From positions 59,662 through 92,661 of the forward strand of contig RDEW01000073.1 of assembly GCA_011109175.1 (NCBI GenBank): a stretch of DNA of 33,000 bases, in the 5' to 3' direction. Within the stretch, counting starts at the first letter, position 1, and each line of letters begins with the position of its first letter. Both the position numbers and the translations under genes were made by a program. The notes beneath the pieces are model-generated. The model was given only the letters and a program-made list of their open reading frames with translations, had not been told where the DNA came from and did no database searches. Shown piece by piece: positions 11,569 through 22,360 of this stretch. The stretch comes from Dicyema japonicum (taxonomy: Eukaryota > Animalia > Dicyemida).

Positions 11569-14508
11569 ATGATCTTGGAAAGATTGAATATTTATCAAAA
11601 GAATTACCATTTAAAGAAATTGCATTGAAACTAAAAGTACATCAAATTTTAATTATTTATAGGAATATTATCAAATTATAGAAGACTTGGATTCAGCTCT
11701 CCCAAGTAAACCTCTAGCACATTTACTTACCTATTGACTTCTTTTTCAATGTCTTCTTTTACAAGAATAAGATCTCTTTTCTGTAATCTTCTCTCAGAAG
11801 GCTTCCGTCTTACTGTTCCTCAATCTCCCTTCGTAGTTCAGTTTACAAATGAGGTTCGATTCAATATTAACTCATAGAAATGATTACATTTGTTTATCGG
11901 TAATATAAAGTGCCTTGATGAGGGAATGCGTTGATATCATCACATGCGAGTGCTTTTTGCATGTTTCTGAGTTTTTTGTTATTTTTACAGAATGGATTTT
12001 ACATTAAGATCGTCGATATAGTGTACACATTCGAAACTCCAAATGATTTTATTTTTGCTCTATTTCGTGGAGTAATCGATCTGGAATGATTTTACATTTA
12101 CTTTACCCATTTAGTAAGTTAAATTATATTGTGAGCGAATATTTGTAAATTCTCTTCCTGTCTCATTTCTGACTCTATGACCATGATCCCATTTTTGACC
12201 AGTTTCTTGTGTGGATAACAACCCCGTTTAAAGTTTTCTCATTAACTTTACTTTAAGCTAAGTAATGAGCACCACGACTTTTAGTTGAATTCCTTATAAG
12301 ATCCCTCGACTTGATATGCTTTTCTCTACAAAATGTTCCTTATATGAATCAATCTTAGTACTGTAAGACTCTCATGTTTAAAGTCAAACCCCTGATCTTT
12401 ATATTCCGTCATTCATGAACTCAGTCTTATTTCTTTCAGTTTTGTTCAGCTTGCTTTACTCCATCTTGATTTTAAATTGGTAGACTACGTGCCCGGATGT
12501 TGAGAAAGTACAGTTTATCCGAATCATTGGCGATTACTTTAATAAAAATTTTCAGGACGATTCCTCATTGGTCCGAATACGCTTCCCTCTGGAAGACTTT
12601 TTGACGTGGTCTTTGCAGTTATTTTAGTTTATAGTTTTAAATCTGACTGTATTAATTACTGTAAAGCCTGCATTGAAAGCGGGAATGAAACTCTATCAGA
12701 ATGATGAAACCTTAAGGATGGGTTTGACAGGTAGGAATAGATTTGATTCTCGTAGATATGAGATTTGTACTTTACATGATGACGAGTCGGTCAGATTAGA
12801 GGTCATCACCTCTGTCAGAATTATTGACAAGTATTTGTTGTCTGTTTTATACTTAACAAGAGACTTTCTGATGAATGCCTAATTTTCCTTTTTTCTTCTG
12901 TTGATTGTCCTGAGAACACTGCTAAACTGTTATATGAGATTTTCAAGGGAAGATCTGACTTCGAAAACGTATTTGTTGTTACTAAAAGCGTCCTAGCTGG
13001 CATTATAAGGCGGAGTCGGAGTATTATAATTATATGTTTGATGATTCTCAAGGATATTACGGACTCTAAGGATCCACTGACTCTATAAATTCCAAAATAT
13101 CAACTTTAACTAGTTTTATTATTTTTAACTAAGAATATCTTTCAACCGGGTGTCCGAAAACTTTAACTTTTCTGATGAAGCTTTTTATGACAGATAATTC
13201 GTCAATTTTTAGGGGAAATTTAATTTTTCTTAAAAATTAAATCAACACCGAATTCAAATTTTCTGTGATTTATTCGTATTAAATGGTTTTTAATATCCTT
13301 TATTATTTTTAATTTATTTATGATTCTTTTTAGAAACGACTAGCTAAATTGGCACGGGTGGAAAATCTTCAGTGTTTCATTAGCTAATTTATTTTCCATT
13401 TTTTACATTCATACATTTGATTGAATATGCTTCCAGTAAAATTATCAGTTCTGTCAGTCTAATGAAAAAGCATTTCAGTCAAATCTAGAAATCCATGTTG
13501 ATTCCCAAAAACATTTGTAATATTATTTATGGAACTATTGAGTTTTTTTTTTACTTTAATTTTAGATTCTTTTTACAAATTTTCCATAATTTTTCCTAGT
13601 GGAGGCATCCTCACAAATTAACGACTTGGTGTGACAGGGAAAGTCGTCATTCTGCATTTTTGTCTATATTCCAGCGATTAATTCGTTGCAGCTTTTACTA
13701 TTCATATGAAATAACATGGAAAGGGACTTTGGGGACAATCTTGAAATTTTATTAACTTATTTTTTCTGAGAAACTTAATGGAAATTCTTTTATGTAAAAT
13801 TTCTTCCCCCAAGTAAACCAGGGAGACTAAAATTGCTTCAAGAATTCTCCACGTGACTTAAGATATTGTTCCTTTGTCGGAAATATATAATGTTGTATTT
13901 ATATAAATACAATTAGTCGATTTCTACTGATATTTCCGTGGACGATGATGACTTTATCCACAAAATGTCACTTGTCGGAGTTGATACATCAGAAAACAGC
14001 GAGATAGTGTCACGGTGAAACATCTCCATTAAATTACACGTGGTACTTATTTCACAAACCAAAATTCGGTGATAAGTATATCTAGCACTTAAATATCTTA
14101 GACATCAGCTATCTTTTTGTCATTTGTACCAGAAGGCCTAATTGTATAATTCGTAAACGTGGGAATGTCCAAGGCTGAAGAACACGTGATAGACTTGTTT
14201 CATCAAAGGTAGCTTGAGACATTGCTGGGATTGAATTGGCCAAATAAAATAGAATGCTTATATAATGCTTGCTCCACTAGTCCTTTGAGTTTCGAAATCA
14301 CTGATTCGAGATGGAGGTTCTTATGACACATATTTAGACTGGAAATGTATACCCCTAATATAGCGATGGGAAGTACTTCGATGAGACTGGAGCAAGTTTA
14401 TGTGGACGCCTACGGGTCACACTTTATGGGACACTTGATGCTGATTTCAAGTACCTCAAAGGAAAAATAAGAGAAAAGGTTAACCATCAAAAAACGAAAA
14501 TAATATAA
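11569..14508 (+). pseudogene. PDS5: Pds5-like cohesin regulator (HEAT repeats); many tiny introns and many single-base indels (pseudogene or error-rich assembly)
   Basis: Colinear segments, with PDS5B recalled from memory: IEYLSKELPFKEIALKLK (VKEISDKISKEEMVRRLK), RIRSLFCNLLSEGFRLTVPQSPF ([23 protein letters not shown]), NGFYIKIVDIVYTFETPNDFIFALFR ([26 protein letters not shown]), VIHELSLISFSFVQLALLHLDFKL (LILELYNIDSHLLLSVLPQLEFKL), LHDDESVRLEVITSV (HDPEEAIRHDVIVSI), ETKIASRILH (QAKYAIHCIH). Introns at 11637-11662 (26 nt), 11854-11877 (24), 11963-11990 (28), 12233-12257 (25), 12335-12358 (24) and 12731-12755 (25). Start and stop are tentative. Confidence 0.8.
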
Positions 14509-14570
14509 TTAATAAAAATAAATTAAACGAAATTAATTTAAAATATATTATAACAAATTATTTCTAAAAA

Positions 14571-14999
14571 TTAATTGAATAGTTCATCATTTTGGAGACA
14601 TTCAGTAACAAAGTTCCTACATATCACTTTGACGGATTCTTCAATTTCACAGTTTTCTTAAATGACAGATATTCCTTACCAAGACTCGACAGATGTTCAA
14701 TATCACTCTTTAGTCTCTCGATCTCTTCCTTAAAGTCCATTTCGATCTCCTCCAACTCGAGGACATAATCATTGGCGTTAACGAGGATGTGGGTCTTGGT
14801 ATACTTAGATTATTGAGTAGCATACATTGTTGTAATAAAGAGGAAGTACAGACTCGAGGGTGTTTAATGAATCAGATATCGTGCTCCTTCTGTGTTTCTC
14901 CCTTATTTTGTGTTCCTCCTTCTTAATTTGCTTTAGTAATATTCAATTTGGTACAATTGCGTTATTTTCTATTTCTTTAGAAATTCTGTAAGTCTCCAT
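14571..14999 (-). CDS. MAX: Max-like bHLH-leucine zipper transcription factor, 119 aa, 4 exons
   Basis: Exons 14999-14955, 14930-14826, 14803-14680 and 14656-14571, with GT-AG introns of 24, 22 and 23 nt. The spliced ORF is intact: METYRISKEIENNAI|QIKKEEHKIREKHRRSTISDSLNTLESVLPLYYNN|YTKTHILVNANDYVLELEEIEMDFKEEIERLKSDIEHLSSLE|NCEIEESVKVICRNFVTECLQNDELFN*. It has the H..E..RR basic region and a zipper. Intron phases 0,0,1 and the 124-nt third exon match Max as I recall it. Exact orthology within the Myc/Max network is uncertain. Confidence 0.85.
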
Positions 15000-15149
15000 T
15001 TAAAGATTTTGTTGGTTCCGCTTTTTTGAATTTAATTTTATTTTAATTTATTTTTTAAATATAAGTAAAATTATTTTAATCAGAAATTTAAATTAACCAA
15101 ATTTTAATTAAAGTTATTCTGGATTACAAAGTAGTTAATTTGAGGAAAT

Positions 15150-15545
15150 GCTTAACGTCGACTATGTAAAAAGGAACAATGAAATTGAGCGATGTCTGCA
15201 TTTCCATTTTGTCGAGATTGTGGTTCAAAAATGAAAGAAAACTTAGGACTCACTCAGTGCAGAGTGTGGTTATCAATGAGAATGTAAGTGTACACCTTCA
15301 CTAAAACTGATTCAATAGTCAAACACAACAAACCAGATCTATTCCTATTTATAAAAGAAGTCTGCATCCACCATGCAAAGACAAAGGTTGTCCCGATTGT
15401 TCTCACTTAGGAAGGTCTGAGACATCTTACGTTTCGAAATATGCAGCCTCATTGAACATAAACAAGATGACTTATGCTTATATACAATCATTATCACTAA
15501 AGAAGACTTTGGAGAGTATGATTGTCTTATATAGACAGCAAACCA
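15150..15545 (+). mobile_element. 3' remnant of an R4/Dong-like non-LTR element (restriction-like endonuclease region)
   Basis: DYVKRNNEIERCLH, RKLRTHSVQSVVINENV, TDSIVKHNKPDLFLF, TKVVPIVLT*EGL and AYIQSLSLKKTLES match the C-terminal REL region of this class. Clade assignment is tentative. Confidence 0.72.
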
Positions 15546-16061
15546 GTCCTTGGGAACACAATATTTGAGTCAGCAAATTGATTAAAGACATTTTTACAAC
15601 CCTGATTTTTAGGAATCCCTTCTCGTTTCTTTTGTCCAATCCCACTTGACAAAGACCCATGTCACATTCTAAACGACAAGCTGTCAGTCATGATAGGATG
15701 GTGGACGAGGCTTTTGAGTTTAATGAGTCTTAATCAAATGAGGAGTTAATCTTATGAGTGGACCTCGGTTAGGTGGATATTTTGTTTACTATTATTTTTT
15801 GGTTTAATAAAACTAAACAAAGTAGTCAATATTGAAATGGTGACGTACCTCTACTTAGCTTTACGATGGATGAAAGTCAGTGTTTTTTTCTTGCGGCCAT
15901 AGAACTGTTCAGGATCCTCAATTCGAATCTTGTCCAACCATAACTTAAGATCTCATGAAAAAGAACTCTTAAGCGTCCCCTGATTGGGTGCATTAGTGGG
16001 ACCGTAGACATGTTGTTGTCTCAGTATCATCTAAATCTCAGTGAATAACAATGAATGTCCA

Positions 16062-16121
16062 TTATGTGTCCACCAGTCTAGATATGTAGGAGACTTTCTC
16101 CGTTATGTGTCCACCAGTCTA
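16062..16121. repeat. Short imperfect tandem duplication (period 41 bp)
   Basis: TTATGTGTCCACCAGTCTA occurs at 16062-16080 and 16103-16121, and the sequences after each copy are also similar. Confidence 0.85.
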
Positions 16122-17671
16122 CAGAAGTAGAGATGAATTCTTTGTGAGAGACCTTTATTTCACCCTTACCCCTGATTTCATCGATGTGGCTCCTGAATGT
16201 AAATCTTTACTTCTACGGATAATTTATAATTTAGAATCGCTCTTTTAAAAACATGTCAAGGAGACCGTTTGGTACGCGACACGTGTAGATTATGTCCCTG
16301 GTTAGATTTACATGCGATCAATGCTAGGTCCAGGGGGAAGATCGCAAACTTCTCTTCCACCAAGAGATCAGCGAACTCCACATTGTTGGGGCTGAATCCA
16401 CTTCTTAAGAGCAATAATTATATAATGTTGATCTCAGGAGGTCTAGGTTCAGTATCTTGTCTCTCCAAGGTTTTTGTGTTATGGCTAGACACAGTCTTCA
16501 CGGTTCTGTTTTTGTGGGGAGATTCTAAGAAGTTTTTTGGAGGTTAGTAATGATCCTGGATGTGCGTGCGGTTAGTGGATTTAAGTAATTTGAAGGCAAC
16601 CGCAGGAATGATTGTTGGAGATACATGAGATATAGAAGGGGTGGTCCCCAATCTCCCAATCAAGATTGTCAATTGAGGAAGAATTCAAACATCAGTCAAA
16701 GTTCTAAGATGAACGATGTGCAAGGACCTTAAATCCTGGAGGCATAAGCGTTGTCCTGATGAATTGGTTAAATAAAAGGGTGAGACATTCCTTAGGTTGG
16801 TCGTGGGGGATCTGGGAGTGTACGTAAAGTAGGAGGTAGGATTGTAGTCGTATTGCTTTTTATCTTAGTAAAAAGGGTTGGAAATATCGATGGGGGTGGA
16901 AATATGATTTTAAACATTATCTGAAGTTGTTTGAATCCTTTATCTTTGGATGAAATGATGAGATCCTCTGTGAGGATAAGAGAGAGTTGGAGGAGTTATG
17001 GGCACTCCAATGATGTGAAGATTTTAAAACAAGGGGGAGGACTGATCTCTGGAGAACTTCTTTGGCAGGTATCGACGTTGAGAATTTAAGAGGGTTTGAT
17101 TCAGACTCCCATAAAGGATGCTTGGGAGGAGGACCTCCAACAGAACTCGTCGTTTTGCAGTTTCTGTCTTCTAGACTACCAAAAGTCAGTCCTCTCTCCC
17201 TGTCCGGGTCCGCCTTCTAATTATGGACTATGCCAGATCCACCATACGGATAACAGAGAAATATTATTTAAAGTAATGGATAATATATGAGCAAAGCTAA
17301 ATAACTGTCTAATGACGTCATTTCACGGGGGAGGACACTCAAATCAGAATATGATCCCCCGTTGGATATTTGGTCTAAGATTTTTTTCTATTCCTCCGTT
17401 TCATTACTTTCCGTGTTAACTAAAGTGGTCTCATGTGATTGACAGTCTGGGGTGGCACGAAAATTATTCACTTTTCCCTCACTGCTTTGGGAAGGTGCCC
17501 GAAAAACAGATGATTGGACATCAGACACCACAAGTTTTGAACAAAAGAAGTGTCGAATCTGACAATCTCAAAAATGAGATGACTGAACGGATCACAAGTC
17601 GAGGGTAACACATGTAGGACATGACAATAACAAAGTCAAATTTTATTCATTAATAAACAAAATCAGTCTAC

Positions 17672-18210
17672 CTAAAACCCACCCACGGAGAATTGTCGTC
17701 TAGTGAAATTTAGATGAAATAACTAAATTTGTTATTTGGGAATACTCGAAGTTTCATATTCAAAATTTCCGCCAAAATATTATCAAAAAAGTGTATGACC
17801 ACCTTGGGACAAAAATAGTAAGCATCCAAATCAAATCTAATATTGATTGGCACGTAAAATAAAATCGAGTCTAAAATTACAATAGACAGCTTACTGATCA
17901 TTAGGTCGTTAAATAAATGACCACGTGATCATAGAAAACTTTATAATGCAAGTTAAAATTAGTATCCTCTTTTTCTTCATTAAACAATCTAAAAGTAAAT
18001 TCGCGTGAATTTTGAATAAGTGGAAATGTGAGAATGATGTCGAATTCTCCCCTCCTAAACCTAAAATGTCTCTAGTAATGTAAAACTAATCAATATACCT
18101 CTTTATTAGGATAAACAGATCTGATAGTAACCTCACCGATGAAAGCACTATAATGGACTAGCATTTTTGATGATTCATTTTCCGTAGATTCACTCAAAAA
18201 TTTCTCAGTT
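17672..18210 (-). CDS. Candidate orphan gene with tiny introns (one frameshift needed)
   Basis: The open frame ...KMLVHYSAFIGEVTIRSVYPNKE is joined across a stop-containing 27-nt GT-AG intron (18072-18098) to RHFRFRRGEFDIILTFPLIQ...YDHVVIY. After a frameshift it continues into ORF 17710-17901, then across a 23-nt GT-AG intron (17723-17745) to TAG at 17672. No homology recognised. Confidence 0.4.
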
Positions 18211-18559
18211 ATTTGAGTATTTTTAATGAATTAAATTAAAATTAATTCCAAAGACCACTGTTAAACCGAAAAAACTAAACTAAGTGATCCCGACGAATTG
18301 AATCAAGGCTCTCATCTTTTCTCGGTGTCGATCTCTTGAGCCTACACAAGTTCGTTGCGGACGAGCACTTTCTTTTTGGTTAGAAGATAAAAAATATAAC
18401 TGCTAATAAATTGTTAATATAACATAGCAATTGTATTATTTGGTCATTTTGAATATTAATTGTATTTTAAATTTATTTAAAAATATATAAAATATAAATT
18501 TTATATTATGTCTTCCATTAATTCCCGGTTCCTCATTTCGTGGTCTTCTAATTTCCCAA

Positions 18560-19640
18560 CTGTTAAACGCCGATGCCTTCAAAGGAACTCGATCTGGGCA
18601 TCTTTCTTTAGGACCGATCGACGTTCTTCAGTACGAGCAATCTTTCGGTAATCTGGTTTTTGATTTGTTGCAGAAACTTAGAACCGAAATCATTTTCATC
18701 TTGGATTCCTCTGAAAGGAGAGTGGGGAGGGAATGTTGTAATCATGTGGGATGCAAACGTCTTCTGATTGAATTCAGTTTGTTTAGTTTACATGAGGATA
18801 TTGTAAACCTCCATGTAGTATAGGTATGTTTAATTGTTGGAACGATGAACTGGCTATAAAATTTAAATATGCAGTCTACAGGATTGAATAGTCTCTTCAT
18901 TATAATTTCCTTTAAGGCATTCACCTTCCGCAGTCCTTTGGTCAAGACTTTTTCAGAGTGATGAGAAAAGGTCATTAGTGAGTCTTTTGTAACCCCGAGA
19001 ATCTTCTGTCCTCGATATGTCATTAGGTTCACGTTTAGACTTCTTATCTAAGGTAAATATTGTGAATTGTATTTTGGCACAGACACCGTAAGAAATTAAT
19101 ATCGAACCAATCACGCACCCTGTTGAGGTGTGATTTGCGAGTGACAGCCGCCAGGATGGGGATCTGTTGTTGGATCATTGATGATATATCTGGATCATTG
19201 ACATTTTTAATATCGGATAAGATTGAGTTATGCAGGCGACAGTGGGGATCATTGTGGCACTCCGTTCTGCAACAGGCGAGATATTGAATTGAGGTAGTCA
19301 TACCCTACTTCCCCACGTCGATCGGAAAGTAAGTTGGTCATCCATGAATAAAAGTCTCAAAATCGAAATAGAACCGAATGTCGTTTGTAGGTTCACAGAG
19401 AGCGAGGCTGTTCGCATATGAGTTTTTTGGTGAGATGAATCCATCAATGAAAAACTGAGACAGATCCAAGATGCGTCGTAGTTGAGCGACCCAGTCTGAA
19501 GCCATGTGGAACGAAGGTGATGTAAGATCCGGTAAAATTATCTTTAGAACAAGTTTTTAATAGTTTAGACATTGTGTATTTAAGGGAGACAGGAGTGTCA
19601 TCTTTTGACTTTCTTTTTTCAGAATAGGATGTCAACTTTC
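18560..19640 (-). mobile_element. Degenerate LINE RT remnant
   Basis: PHGFRLGRSTTTHL (ORF 19444-19635) and KILGVTKDSLMTFSHH...FYSQFIVPTIKH (ORF 18742-19032). Confidence 0.78.
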
Positions 19641-20250
19641 ACCACACCTATTCAATTCTTAAATGATATGCCCTCCTTACCAGTGACGATACTCTGCTTC
19701 TGACATATACGGATGATATAGTCGTGCGTTAATACTGCTGTTTACCGGATGCAAGCTTCATTGGACGATCTGAACTTTTTTCTCGTTAAGAACATTCTAC
19801 ATACGAGTCCCGAAAAGTCTTATACAACAATTTTCACAACAAACAGAAGATTTATAAACTCCGCTCCATGTGTAACCATAAATGGAAACTCAATCCCCAC
19901 GACCAACTTGGTCAAGGTACTGGGCGTAACTTACGACCCACTCTTTACCTTCAGCAAACACATCGACAACGTCATCTCCTCAAGACAACAAAAGCTAAAT
20001 TTTGTTAAAACACTCCTTGGACAATATAAGGGGCGTTTCAACTTAAATTTGTACTCGCTCTACGTGCACTATATTCAACCGTCTCTAACTTACGAGCGTG
20101 TGCTGCATGGGGAACCAAACTATCAAACGCGAATATGGAAAAAATCAACACATTCCAAAAAATGGCCATTAAGGCTCTGCAAAGATTTTCCCAGACATCT
20201 CTAAACCCTACACAATTTTAGGAGTTAATGAGGAGAATCGAAGCCTTATT
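19640..20250 (+). mobile_element. LINE RT C-terminal fragment
   Basis: TYTDDIV precedes ORF 19749-20204, which reads DDLNFFLVKNILHTSPEKS...KVLGVTYDPLFTFSKHIDNV...YIQPSLTY. Homologous to 10520-11060 on the opposite strand. Confidence 0.88.
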
Positions 20251-22360
20251 ACCCTCCAAAATAGTTAGAAACCCCCGCCCATTCTGGAAATGCGTTGGAT
20301 CCCGGAAAGAACCCGAGCAAAAATGAGATGGCTAGTCGAGGCGGCCGGAATCACATGTAGGCTATGTAGTTATTTAATTTGTCGGTGATTTTTAGTTTTT
20401 AATAATAATTTGTTTTCAGAATAGGATGATCAAGGAATTCTTACTGATACTTTGGAAAACGTGTGTGTTGATAGCATAATTGTACAAGTCCGATACTGCA
20501 GCCTTATCCCCCGGTCGAATTGGAGAGGGGAATTATCTTTTTGTGTAATCTTTGGACCATGGATCAATTGGCCGGTGTAATGGTCGAAAAAATCTGTTAT
20601 ATCATTTCCGCGTTATTAGCTAGTACTTTACAGAGTTCCTTGGCGTGTCTAACATTTCTATTTGCTGTGTCGAAAGTCCTGGAAAAACTCACACTTCCTA
20701 TGTGCCCAAAAAGCAACGTATAGTCTCTTAGCGACGTTGTTCACGGATTATCCCGGAGAAAATTTTTAAGGCCTATTGTCTCTTAGTTGACGAGGCCCTT
20801 TCCATCCGATCAAGATGCCTTCCCCCGGACTAATTCGATGTAGGACGTTGTGCGTCTGCTCAGTTTTGCGCTTTCCGCTCTGGGACTTTCTAGAGATTGT
20901 CACCGAAAGGGGTCTCGCTGTTACCACAAAGAAAAAAATGCATTCTTTTGTGCAATTCACTTTACTGATTGCCCTACTTAGTCTGACCGAATAGGAGATA
21001 CTCGGAATTCGAATTAGGAAGTTGATGTTCTTTGCCTCAAGAACTTCCTTCGAAGGTATTCGTAGGTGGAACCCATGCTTCCATCAAGTCAAACACACAA
21101 CACCGTCTCACAATCCGCAATCCGTCACTTTTTTTCTAAAGTGAGAACCCTTACCCTATCACGTTTTGATATTAAGAAAGTCTCACTTTTACTTCTTTAT
21201 TGGAGATTTAAAAGCCAATTTCGTTTTATTCCACTAACAATTTACAGAAAAAAGCTACTTATCAGATCTAACGTGATTCATCCATACAAGAAGTGTGTCG
21301 CTCTCGGAAGGAACACCGAGAAGGGATGAGGGACTGGTTAAGGAGGTCGAGATCACCTGACGGCCCCCAATCTCTTTATTTTGTCGGTGATACTTGATTT
21401 TAAATAAAATAAATAAAACGTGTGCCGGGACAAATTCCTCTTTTAAAGTTTATTAATCGAAAATCGAGGACAGAGAGGCTATTAGACAAATAAATCAGTG
21501 TAAAGGATGTCCTGTACATATTATTCATGGGAAAATTAAGGAATCAGCAGTAATAGACTGTTCCAAACACGCGAAGTGGGAGTTAAACAAGTACAGAGCA
21601 TTAATGGCTGGGAAACAAAAATAGAATCTTTTTCCAAACTCATGGATCTTGGCCGATTCTGATCTCAGAAGGAGCGAAGTGGAGAAGGTAGTCACACAGA
21701 TTACATCTCAGACCAATGATTTTCCGTTTGAATATGGGCAAAGGGTCATTCTTCTGGTTTCTTGTCATCTCTACAATCCAGTCCAACAGGCTCAAATTGA
21801 GCTGGGAAGCCTGCTGCCTCGAGGGTTTGCAGAATGAGCGACCTGCACTTTTATTTCATCAAATATTGAAGATTAAATTTCATGAGATATATTTCATTAT
21901 TCGAAAAAATTGAAGAATTCGGATCAAACCTCGGACTCTCGTTATAGACCACGTGGCCAGGTTTCAAAGGTTAAAGAGGTCGAAAATTTCAATTTTCATC
22001 GTGAAAATATGATTTTGAGAATTAACTCGTCGTTAGGGCTTACGTGTACAGTTCTCCAATATAGAAGAGGTCGAAAGACTTATATTGGGGATGGCACAGA
22101 TAAAGTGTAGTTAAGACAGCAGACATAATAAAAAACGTAATAGCAAAACTCAGTCATATTCATAAAATAGAGGTAACCTCTTTTTAATCCATTCATCTTC
22201 TTCCTTGTCAAGTGTAGTAGCCAAAATAATCTCCAACTCTGATAAATCAGGGTATTCAAAATTCGGGAATTTAGACAAAATACTAAAATCCCTGGAGAAA
22301 GAACAAGAAGTCTGAGGGGCAGATTGCGGACTATGAGTGAACTGACACGTGGAGAGACGT

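Noticed and set aside
11161-11610. 149-aa minus-strand ORF
   Set aside because: It runs from the antisense of Pds5 exon 1 through AT-rich spacer into a LINE remnant, so it is a chance read-through.
11878-12710. In-frame TGA codons in the Pds5-like gene suggesting TGA reassignment
   Set aside because: The Trp codons in the conserved CBP motifs are all TGG, and the TGAs fall in indel-rich segments where the frame is uncertain.
16062-16121. Two 19-bp direct repeats resembling a mini-CRISPR
   Set aside because: Only two copies, the intervening sequences are also similar, the context is eukaryotic and there are no cas genes. This is a simple tandem duplication.
16150-17290. GC-richer block possibly encoding a gag/ORF1 or Penelope-like protein
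   Set aside because: No diagnostic motif found in the frames I translated.
20420-21330. Possible Ty3/gypsy integrase remnant (ISPGEGILIGWKGP)
   Set aside because: Only one weak GPY/F-like motif; no DDE core or LTRs could be identified.
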